Notes under the pieces: model-generated
The model's input: only the letters and a program-made list of their open reading frames with translations
Databases searched by the model: none
What the model was told of the DNA's origin: nothing
Shown: positions 11,754 through 21,991 of the stretch, one piece after another
Layout: every line of letters begins with the position of its first letter
Position numbering within the stretch: position 1 is the first letter of the stretch
Made by a program: the position numbers and the translations under genes
Assembly: GCA_013239625.1 (NCBI GenBank)
Contig: MU053379.1
Location: 2,772,866-2,836,865, forward strand
Direction: 5' to 3'
DNA: 64,000 nt
DNA from: Lama guanicoe
Lineage: Eukaryota

Positions 11754-12394
11754 GGGCTGGACACTAAAATTGTGTGGTTTTACAGATGGTGCAGATCTAT
11801 AGAGATGTTTTCTAGATCGCCCACATTCCTGCCCTTGAGGACTTGGGAACTTGGTCCCTGTGAACACTGCTTTCCGCAGTGGTGTGTTGAGTGCCACCAG
11901 CCCCACGACTCAGCACACATAGTCATGAAGATGATGAGATGGAGTCCTGCTATTGTCACCAGTGTCACAGTCTCAGGCACCACTTTAAAAGCCCCCATCA
12001 TTTAAAGGAGAATGTTCCATAAGTAGGGAGCTGCCTCCAAATGGTTTTAAAGATACTGTTCATGTCTGTCATGTCCGTTACAGCTGCTCTCAGGCAATAC
12101 GTCCAGCTCCTAACCCACTAAGACATTTGCAGGGATTTCAGTGGAAGAAGCCGCTTGTCTCCTGGTTTAAATGTTGTTTCTTGCCTGCAACAATGGCTGC
12201 ATTTACCACGTGAAGTAGCGAGCTTTCAGCCGAGTTGTAAGAGACTGCCGTTCTCATAGGTAAAATAAAGTTTAGTATCAACAAGTTTGTAAGGTTCAAC
12301 CCAACATTTCAAGGACTTTTGGTAACTATCAGCTTAACAATTAATTAAAGATGGAAGATAACTTTAATTCAGCATTGATCAGTTTTAAAATTAT

Positions 12395-12625
12395 TTAGGA
12401 TTAACAGACACCTACTACAATGTATAAAATAGGTAAATAACAAGGATCTATTGTATAGCAGAGGGAACTATATTAAACTTCTTGCTATAAGCTATAATGG
12501 ACAAGAATCTGAAAATATATGTATATATATGTATGTATGTGGATAACTGAATCACTTTGCTGTTCACCTGAAACTAACATTGTAAATCAACTACACTTTA
12601 ATAAAAAAATAAAATTAAAAAATTA
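12395..12625 (+). mobile_element. 5'-truncated cetartiodactyl-type L1 3' end with A-rich tail
   Basis: aacaaggatctattgtatagca..gggaacta..ataactgaatcactttgctg..cctgaaactaac..ttgtaaatcaactac..aataaaaaa is a typical artiodactyl L1 3' UTR end. Confidence 0.85.
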
Positions 12626-13507
12626 AGTTATATAATTCAAAAGCCACAAGCAAGGGGGTGCCAAGATGGCGGAGCAGAAGGATGGCTAGCCCACCCCTCC
12701 CTCGAACACACCAAAAGACACATCTACAGACCCGCCCACTTGCCCAGAGCTCCTGCTAAATTTTGGCAGAACATTTCTTACTTCAAGAGACAGGAAGATT
12801 CCTCACAACTTCTGGTAGGAGAGGGAGAGAAAGAAGAAGGGAAGGGAAGTCCGCGTGGGACCCATCCCGTGGGGAGCGAGCAGCAGTGGAGGAAAAGTGC
12901 TCTTATGCCGGGCTGCGCCTTCTCCAGTGGGGAGGTCAGCAGGGACCGGGGGAGCCTCCAAGGCTCGGATCTGTGCACAGCAGCCACTTGGCAGACGGAA
13001 CTGAGAGAAACCAGCACACAGGCCCCCGCAGTCCCAGCCCCAGATGTGAGCTGGTGGGAGTGGGCCAGGGCTGGCTGCTGGAGCCTGGGGAGGGAGTCGG
13101 GGCCAACTGCACAGAGGCAGCCTCAGGGGACTGGAGTGTGCTGTGGGCTGTGGCCTGCCACATGCTGCAGATCAGAAACATTTCTGGAAGCCTCCATCCA
13201 ACAAAAGGGAGCAGATTCAGCCCCTGTCAGGGCTGTGACAGCCGCAGGACAGAAAGGAGGCCCTGCTCAACATCCAGGGCAGGCTCTGATCACCACAACA
13301 CTGGCCACACCCCCAATCAATGGGGTAACAGCCAACACACATGGAGGAAAGAGGTGGCAACCATCCATACTAACAGCAACATTATTGGATGCACAAGGTC
13401 AACACAGGGAGCTCCCACTTTAAATTAAAAAAAAAAAAACAGCCCTTCAAGGCCACAATAGGTGACTGATACTCCCAAATCCAAAGAGCCAGAGAGAGAT
13501 AAGTGAA

Positions 13508-14398
13508 ATGAAGAAGCAGAGGAGCCACTCCCAATTAAAAGAGCAAGAGAAGTCCCCTGGAAGGACGATCAATGAAAAAGACCTCAAAATTCCACTAGAT
13601 CATGACTTCAAAATGGGGTGATAAAAGCACTGAGGGAAATGAGACTATGAATAAAAGTGCAGAATACTATTGAAAGGAAATAGAAACCATAAACAGGTGC
13701 CAATTAAAAACAGAAAACTCAATGGTTGAGAAAAGAGCTGAGCTAAGGCCGTCAAAAGCAGAGTCCATAATGCAGAGGAACGAATAAGTGACTTAGAAGA
13801 CAGGATAAAGGAAGTCACTGAATTGGAATAACAGACAGAAAAGCAAGAGAAAACCAGTGAAAGCAATATAAGGGACCTATGGGTAATACAAAGCGTGCCA
13901 AACCAGGCAGAAGGAGGAGAGAGAGAAAAGGGGGATGGAAAGGGATTTGAAGAAACCATGACTGAAACCTTCCCAAACCTAAAGAAGGAATCAGACAGCC
14001 AAGTACAGGAAGCCCAGAGGGTCCCCAACAAGAAGAACCCAGACAGGCCACACCAAGACACGTAATCAAGATGGCCAAGGCTAAAGATACAGAAATGATC
14101 CTAAAGGCAGCAAGAGAAAAACAGAGTGAGTTACAAGGGAGCCCCCATAAGGCTTTCGGCTGATTTCTCAGCGCAAACAATAAAGGGCAGAAGGGAGGGG
14201 CAAGATATATTCAAAGTCCTGAATAAGAAAAAGCTGCAACCTAGGATACTCTGTGCAGCAAGACTATCCTTTAGAACAGAAGGAGAGGGGAAGAACTTCA
14301 CAGACAAGGAAAAACCAAAAGAATTCAGCGATACTAAACCCATGCTGAAAGAAACACGGAAAGGTCCACTGCAAGTAGGAAGAAGCAGAAAGCTATAG
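13508..14398 (+). pseudogene. Degenerate L1 ORF1
   Basis: Begins MKKQRSHSQLKEQEKSP; C-terminal YKGAPIRLSADFSAQT..DIFKVL..LQPRILC.ARLSF matches the ORF1p CTD; broken by frameshifts and stops. Confidence 0.88.
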
Positions 14399-14769
14399 AA
14401 AAGAGGAAACCGCAACTGGAAACGTGGTCACTTCAGTGAGCAGCAAGAGGATAAACATGCAGGTGTAAAAGAGGACGTCGAGTCCAAATCGTCAAAGGTG
14501 GGAGAGGGGAGCAAGGAAACACGTATGTTGTTCTTTTGTTGTTGTCGTTGTTGTTCTTTTTAACATGTGCTTGAGCCCTCACGATGACCAGTTTAAAGCA
14601 AACAGGTACAGTAATGGGTTAATATACTTGAACGACACGGTAAGCACAAATCAGAACATACAAAAGAGTCGCAAAAACAGAAAAGAGACCAAGCTAATAC
14701 AGAAGAAAATTATCAAACCACAAAAAGAAAAAGAGGAAATACCAAATCAACTGGAAAACTAAGTTCAAA

Positions 14770-15829
14770 ATGACAATAAACACACATCTATCAACAATTA
14801 CTATACATGTCAATGGACGAAATGCCCCAATCAAAACACACAGAGTAGCAGACTGGATAATAGAACAAGAGCCTACAATATGCTGCTTACAAGAGACCCA
14901 CTTTTAGGTGAAGGACACACATAGATTGAAAGTGAGAGGATGAAGCAAAAATAAACAAATGGGACCTAATTAAACTTACAAGTTTACAACTTACTTTTGC
15001 ACAGCAAAGAAAACCATAAGAAAAACAAAACAGCAACCTACGGAATGGGAGAAAATATTTGCAAAAGATGAGACTGACAATGGCTTGATCTCCAGAATAT
15101 ATAAACAGCTCATATGACTTAATAACAAAAACAAGAAAAAAACAACAACCCAATCCAAAAAGGGGCAGGAGACCTGAACAAGCAATTCTCCAAGGAAAAT
15201 ACACTAATGGCCAACAGGCACCAGAAAAAATGCTCAATATCACTAATTATCAGGGAAATGCACAACAAAACTACAATGAGGTATCACTTCACTCCAGTTA
15301 GAATGGCCATCATTCAAAAGTCTACAAATAATAAATGCAGGAGAGGGTGTGGAGAAAAGGGAACCCTCCTACACTGCTGTTGGAAATGCAGTTTGGTGCA
15401 GCCACTGTGGAAAACAGTATGGAGATTTCTCAAAAGACTGAAAAATGAGTTACCATATGACCTAGCAATCCCACTTCTGGGCATGTATCCACAAGGAACC
15501 CTACTTCAAAAAGACACCTGCATCCCAATGTTCATGGCAGCAGTATTTACAATAGCCAAGACATGGAAACAGCCTAAATGTCCATCGACTGGATAAAGAA
15601 GTTGTGGTATATATATACAATGGAATACTACTCTGCCATAAAAAAGAATAAAATAATGCCACTTGCAGCAATATGCCTGGACCTGGAGATCATCATTTTA
15701 AGTGAGGTAAGCCAGAAAGAGAAAGAAAAATACCATATGATATCACTCATATGTGGAATCCAAAAAAAGAGAAAAGAAGACACTAATGAACTCATCTACA
15801 AAACAGAAACAGACTTGCAGATACAGTAA
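14770..15829 (+). pseudogene. Degenerate, internally deleted L1 ORF2 (endonuclease N-terminus fused to C-terminal domain)
   Basis: MTINTHLSTITIHVNGRNAPIK..ICCLQETHF (endonuclease start) runs directly into [19 protein letters not shown], then [19 protein letters not shown] (Cys-rich C-terminus) and [20 protein letters not shown]. No RT motifs are present. Confidence 0.9.
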
Positions 15830-16314
15830 ACAATCTTATGGTAACCGGGGGAAAGGGTGTCAGAAGGGATCAATTTGGGAGTTCGAGATTTGCAAGTATT
15901 AACTACTATACATGAAAACAGATAAAAAAAACAAATTTCTTCTGTACAGCACAGAGAGCTATATTCAATATATTTTAATGCCCTTTAATGGAAAAGTACA
16001 TGAAAATGAATATATGTCTGTGCATGCATGACTGGGACATGGTGCTGTACACCAGACATTGACGCCTCCTGACTATATGTCAAGGGAAAAAAAAAGCCGC
16101 AAGCACCTTCGTGATGACGGCGGACCTCTCCGAACTGTGCAGACATCAACCATATGCATTTGGGGCATGCAGATCAGTGCTAAACAGGGAGAAGCCGCAG
16201 TCGGCCTCTTCCTGCCCTTTCCTAGGGTAGGTTTCCGAGCCCATCTCGCAAGTGCCTCAGTTACGGCAATGACAGTGGAGAATGTGTTGTATTTCCCAGT
16301 ATGTATTTTTCAGA

Positions 16315-16469
16315 GTCTCATTTCTCAACGAGTGGACCATGGCCTGCAGCAGCCGCATCACCCGGGAGCTGGTCAGAAATGCAGACTCGCTGGCCCTGCC
16401 GGATCAGAATCTACGTTTTCACAAGCTCCCCAGGGGATCTGTGTGCCTGCTGGGGTTTAAGGTGCTCTG
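16315..16469 (+). mobile_element. MER5A-like hAT-Charlie element
   Basis: ttctcaa..cagcagc.gcatcacc.gggagctggtcagaaatgcagactc..atcagaatct..ttttcacaagctccccaggggat resembles the MER5A consensus. Confidence 0.7.
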
Positions 16470-16604
16470 GTGGAGAGTTCAGGTCCTAATTACACAGAGA
16501 ATGTTGCCACGGGTGGCTGCCAACAGTCAGCGTGTCCCGGGAGGAGCTGATGGCATGAAGTCTGAACCAGAGGCCGCTAACTCCAACTAACGGTGAACTT
16601 GTGA

Positions 16605-16800
16605 CAACAGCACGAGCTAAAATTCATTGAGCTCCGATTACTGACTTGGTCTAAGGCTTCGACACGAGTTACCCACTGATTCCCCAGAATCACTCTGTGA
16701 GGCTGTACTGATACCCCCACGTCACAGACGGGGGAAGGGAGGCCCTAAGAAGTGACACGGCCAGTCAGTGGGGACGTTTAGTTGAGAGCAAGAGATGAAC
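16605..16800 (-). mobile_element. Degenerate MIR SINE
   Basis: agctaaaattcattgagc..ctgtgagg..cccccacgtcacagacggggg resembles the reverse MIR core. Confidence 0.5.
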
Positions 16801-17984
16801 CCCCGGGAAGGGGGGCAGATGTGCCCGTGGGGGAGAATTCAAACGCAGGGTGAAACGCCAAGAGTCCTGACTCCGCCTCCCTGTCAAGGGGCCCTGACAG
16901 CTTGAGGACATACACGGCTAGAAGCCCAATCATGGAAACAACTGATTTGTGTTTTGGCCAATTGACTCCAAAATAAAAAGCCTGAAAATTGCATGCAGGT
17001 GAGAGAGAGGGGAGCTCGTGTGTCATCATTTCAAGGCATCTCCTGTCTCATGCGTTGGAGAAACATCTTATTTCTACACTGCCCGCCCTGCAAACTCGAA
17101 TCATCGATACCCCCGAGGAACAGGCTAATTCAGCGCGCGCGCGCGGCTGCGACGAGGCCCTCGCACGGTGTGAGCGCAGTGCCGGCCTCGTAGATGCAGG
17201 GCCATTTTCGCTTTGCTTCAGCATCGCCGAGAGCTGGCGTGCCCGAGCCGTCTTCCGTCGGCCCTCTGCCTCCACGCGGGTTCTAAAAGCACTTGGTTGT
17301 GGAAACCACTTACTATTCTACACCTGCAGGCAAGTTAACAGGCCATCCCAGAACCATGGCAACCGGCCAGAGCGCGAGAAGGAAAAATCCCTGAGCACCG
17401 GCCGGGAGGTGTCCCTGCTCAGCCGCCGCCAAGGGCGACACCCAGCCTGGGGGAAGTGGGGCCTGTCACACAACCTGAATCTGAGACTCACCGTCAAGTC
17501 ACTTTGAAGAAAACGTTTCAATAAGAAATGTAATTCTGTACCTCCCGGAGACTGCCAGCGCCGGGGCTTCCGCGTGCTGGGCTCTGGTCGCGCTGGCAGG
17601 CCCTGCCCTCCAGCCCCCTCTCCGAGCTGGCCGAGGTGAAGGACAGCGCCGGGATGCGAGCTGCAGTTGGACTTGCCTGGCAGGGTGATGTGGGTGTTGT
17701 TCCTGGCTCTTTTAGCCCCAGGGTCCGAGGGAGCACAGTCTGCGAGGGAGCCCAGAGCCTCTAATAAATTATTTATTTCCCTCAACTGGCCAGCGTGGGG
17801 CCGGCCATCTGCAGCCAAGCACCGCCCATGCGCTGTGAGACTGAGTTATTTGGGTCAAGGGCTGGTGAGAACTCCCTCATCGTGGCTATTCTGAGTTCTC
17901 TGAAGTCCGTCAGCTGATGTCCACCAGCTCCATCCACCAATGTGCGACAACACCCACTGTAAATTTTACATAATGTTAATGGCC

Positions 17985-18490
17985 CTGGCGCAGGTTTTTA
18001 AGACATTCTGCAAACTCTGACAACCTTCCACTGGGAGGTGGCGTGCGTGTCCCTCCCTTGAAAGTGAGCGGACTGCTTCCTCGAGTAAAACGCAGCGAGA
18101 GTGACGCTGCATGACTTCTGAGACCAGGCAGGGAAAGGCCCGGCCGCTCCTCCTTGGTCCCTCTTGGGGCTCAGACTCCGCGCCGTGGGGAAGCCCAGGC
18201 TGCCCACATGGGCCACACGTAGGTGCAGGGCTGACAGCCCAAGATGAGATTCCAGCCAACGGCCAGGATCGACCCCAGACACACAGGAAGGAGGTGAAAC
18301 CCTGAGACGACTCTGGCCCCCCCACTGTCTCAGAGCGCCCCCCCCCACTGTCTTGGGGCACCTGCATAGGAGAGCACGGGGGTCGGGGAGAGCCAAGTGG
18401 GCCTCGTCATCCCAGAAACATGAGACTAATGAAGTGACTGTTGTTTAAAGTCGCTGTGTTTTGGGGTGGTTTGTTAGGTGCAGCAGGTCC
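17985..18490 (+). mobile_element. MLT1 (ERVL-MaLR) solo LTR, MLT1G/H-like
   Basis: ggaggtgg..gtccctcccttgaa..gtgacgctgcatgacttctgag.ccagg at the 5' end; tgttgtttaaag..gttttggggtggtttgtta..gcagca at the 3' end. Confidence 0.7.
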
Positions 18491-21400
18491 CTGGAAGACA
18501 CCGTTTTCAGAGCGCTGTCTGGTTTCCGGAGTGCTTGAATGTGAATTTCTCTCTGTGGTCTTCCCATTAACGCTGTGTGGAAAAACTCAAGTTCACTAAT
18601 CTGGGTATGAGAACAACGCCTGCGAATGGTGAGGGCCGGGCTCGCCGTCCGAGACTCAGAGGTCAGAACCCAGGCCCCTGGCTCCAGGCACAGCACTTCT
18701 TCCTCCAGGTGAGGTGGTCCAGGCCCTCGGAATGGGTTTCTCGTCATCTCATGCATCACACAACTGAAAGCACCATCAGAACGTGCTGCCGTTCGCAAGT
18801 GCCTTCTGGACACGAGGCCACGCGCCACATCCCAGTTAGCACAACTGCGGACAGAGGTTCTGGCGCGGGTCCCTCGTGAAGTTGCCATTGGATGTCGGCT
18901 GGGGCTGTGGGCCAGTGAGGGCTGGACGGACTGGGGGATCCACTCCCAGAAGGGCCCCGCCCATGTGGTCGGGCTGCCCCGCCCTCTTGGGGTCCTCACC
19001 TCACCTCGCCGTTCTCCGGAGCAAGCCATCCAGGAGGCCACGGTGGGAGGAGCAGTACTGCTACGACTCATGTTGGAAGACACGCACCATCGCTGTGCCA
19101 TGCCTTCTTTGTCCCACTGGTCCTCTGTGACTCAGTGAGGGAAAGGCCCCATCAGGGTGTGAACACCGGGGTGGCGATCCCTGGGGCCAACCGGGAGGCC
19201 AGCATTCCCGTCCACACGACAGCCCTAATCCACAGGCGAGCAGAGAGGGGTCAGGGAGAACGCGACTTGGGGCTGGAGGCCAGGTGGGGAGGGTGCGGCT
19301 GGAATCGGAAGCAGGGCTGTCTGACCCCCGGGCCACGGTCCTCTCCGTCTACAATCCAAGGTGAACTCAGGTGTGTTCTGATGCGTATATACATTACTAT
19401 TTTCAGAAAATTTCTTCCAAATCAGGAAATTCCTTGGCATGCAGTTACGGAAAGGGACACGGGCCATGGGGTGGGCCAGCTGACTGGAGGCCTGACTTTC
19501 CTCGTCTATAACTGCCTCATTTCATTGCGGCTGGAATTCTGCCTTGTACCCGGGTGCCCCCCTTGACAACAGTGTTTCCTTTTCTTAAGCTGATGGGTAA
19601 CTTACTTAGTTTCCTCCTGCAAACACAGGAACACATGAATTTTGGCTTCCCTCTTTTTATAGACCCTGAAAACTGATGTTACAGAATTCTAAAACGACCA
19701 AATAGTCTATTAGGGCTAAAACTGCATCTTCTTTCCTTTATTTTTTCATACTTTACATTTTTTACTTGAAAAAGTAGCAAACGCTAAGAGCTAACTATGA
19801 AAAAGCGTGTTTTGCTACAAACTTAGTTACATAAATGCTCATAAAAATTGAGAAGGAAAACATGAAGATCATTACAGATCAGCAGGGGAGATGAACACCC
19901 AGTTCACAAGTACCCACCTAGAGCTGGTAACGAAACATGAGGAAAATACTTGGCTCCCCTAAAAATCAACACGAAGCTAAACATTAAAGAATTTTAAAAA
20001 ATTCACAAAGAAATCACGCCTACTTTCTGCCGTGGTGATTTCGCGTTTGGGAATTTATCTTGCAGAAGTAAAGGCAGCTGTGTGTCAGCTAGACGGTGAG
20101 ACGGTACCGATCACAGGTGCCCTTGTTTTAAGAAACACTGGAAACCACCCACATGTCCACAGACGTTTAAGAAAGTTACATCTACATAAAGAATAATACG
20201 CAATGATTAAAAAGGACAAGTCAAGGGAGGGATGCCCAAGGCATCTCGTGAGGTTTACAGAGGAAGTTACAGAGTGATGTGTGTTATCTGCTGCTGCTTC
20301 TGTTAAAAAGGAAAGGCTGTATCTTTGTGTGAGTTTGCATTAATCTGCAGAAAATCTGCCAGTGACCAGGGGCTGGAAGCGGGGCAGGTCAGTCATTTGA
20401 GAAGGGGAAAAACACACAGAGCACAAAGTGGGAAGTACAAATCACTACATGGGCTACTTCATTAAAAATCTCAGTAGTGATCAGTAAATCAATCTTATTG
20501 ATTAAGAAAAGCTCGTTTTGCATTTTCTTCCCGGCACCTGCCCTCTCCTCCAGCTCCAGGTCTTCACTCTTCCTGGTGCCCAAGATGAAGATGCCAAGAC
20601 CTCCCTGAAGGAAGCGACCAAAGTAGCTGCTTCCCGTGGGCCTGCAATCGCCCACCAGCGAGGAAGATGAAGTGGTCTTGTTTAAAGGGCAGAGGGGGTG
20701 ATGCTGTTAACGCGCAGCCCTGGCTGCTTCCAGGTGCCCGAGAGAGGACGCTGCGGCGCGGCGCCCGCTCGGGGGAGGGCAGGAGGGCGGTCTGCTGGGC
20801 GGCCCCCTGCCTGCGCTTAGCCCAGCGGCCATTTCTGGGGGAATATTGATCCAAGTACTCACCTCTGCCGGCCCAGCCGCAGAACGCAGTCCCTGAGTAT
20901 TCACAGAAAAAAAAGCTTTTCTTTGCCAGGCTATTTTCTGAAGTCAGAAAGGTCCTTTCAGGAGCTGTAATAGCAGGCCTCTTGCCACTTCACGCCCACA
21001 GTGAGACCACTTCCACTTTTCAGCCCCTCCCTCCCCTGACCCTGCTGTCAAGGTGGAAGCCGGCAGGTGTGACCTCTTTATGTAAAAGGTTCTCTGTAAA
21101 CTCAACCAGCGTCCTGCTGGAGGGGGAGGTGGGACGTACGAGTGGAAGGCTGAAAATTACACCTGGGCACATGGGGACAGCATTCTCGTTCCAGAGGATT
21201 TATTCATTTATCCTTTATTTCCTAAAATAATGTTTTAAATAGAATTTTGATCAAATACACAATGTCATCTGGTATTTGAAATGGGAATATTTTGGTTTCA
21301 ATGTCCAAAAAAGGAATCCAGTCAGTGTTTTCCACATCTGACATGGTAAAGGAGGATGCTGACTTCCTAATTTCTCCCTTGTAAGAGGCAGAATCTTCCA

Positions 21401-21682
21401 GACAAGTATCTCTTCACATGAAAACTGGTTGTAAACGCTCACCCCTTCATCTCTTCCAGTTTAACTCAGGATAGTGGAGACTTAGGGATTAAAAGTATTC
21501 TTAATTTAAAATGTTAACAACAAAAAGGAAGCCAGCTCCAATTCCAGAAAATTCTTTTATAATTCTCCAAAAGATTATTATTTCAGAGTTCCTGCTCCTT
21601 TCGTGGCTGCTGTTAGATTGTTCTGGTGTGCACGTCTGAGAACACTTGATTTGGGGCAGAGACTAGTATTTAAAATGGGAGA

Positions 21683-21759
21683 GGGGAGGGTGTAGCTCAA
21701 GTGGTAAAGCACATGCCTAGCATGCATGATGTTCTGGGTTCAATCCCCAGCACCTCCTC

Positions 21760-21790
<31 letters not shown>

Positions 21791-21851
21791 AAACCTAAGT
21801 ACCCCCCAACTAAAAAAAAAAAAAATGATGGGAAAATAAAAGATTAAAAAA
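21683..21851 (+). mobile_element. Camelid-type tRNA-derived SINE (vic-1-like) with TSD
   Basis: ggggagggtgtagctcaagtggta (A box), ggttcaatcccc (B box, 21737-21748), (TAAA)n, aaacctaagtacccccc, A-tail; flanking direct repeat TAAAATGGGAG at 21671-21681 and 21861-21871. Confidence 0.85.
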
Positions 21852-21867
21852 CAGGTTACCTAAAATG

Positions 21868-21991
21868 GGAGGAAGGAGAATCGCTCAGTGCTAGAGTACA
21901 TGCTTAGTGTGCGCGAGGTCCTGCCTGGGTTCAATACCCAGCACCTCCGTTAAAAAATAAAATAAATAAAAGTAAAATGAAATAAAATAAA
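21868..21991 (+). mobile_element. Second, more diverged vic-1-like SINE directly downstream
   Basis: gctcagtgctagag.acatgcttag..gaggtcctg..gggttcaatacccagcacctcc followed by an A-rich tail. Confidence 0.8.

Larger units (their letters stand above)
12654..16095 (+). mobile_element. L1 with intact 5' and 3' ends and TSDs but a large internal ORF2 deletion (about 3.4 kb total)
   Basis: Starts ggggg..CCAAGATGGCGGAG (L1 5' terminus with YY1 core); about 850-bp 5' UTR; ORF1 remnant; ORF2 start and C-terminus; 3' UTR and A-tail; TSD aaaagccacaagca (12639-12652) / aaaagccgcaagca (16092-16105). Confidence 0.92.

Noticed and set aside
12740..13428. Overlapping 227-aa and 221-aa ORFs
   Set aside because: Within the GC-rich L1 5' UTR, non-ATG starts, no protein similarity recognised.
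21683..21760. tRNA gene
   Set aside because: A and B boxes are present but followed by SINE body, A-tail and TSD, with no convincing cloverleaf; it is a tRNA-derived SINE.
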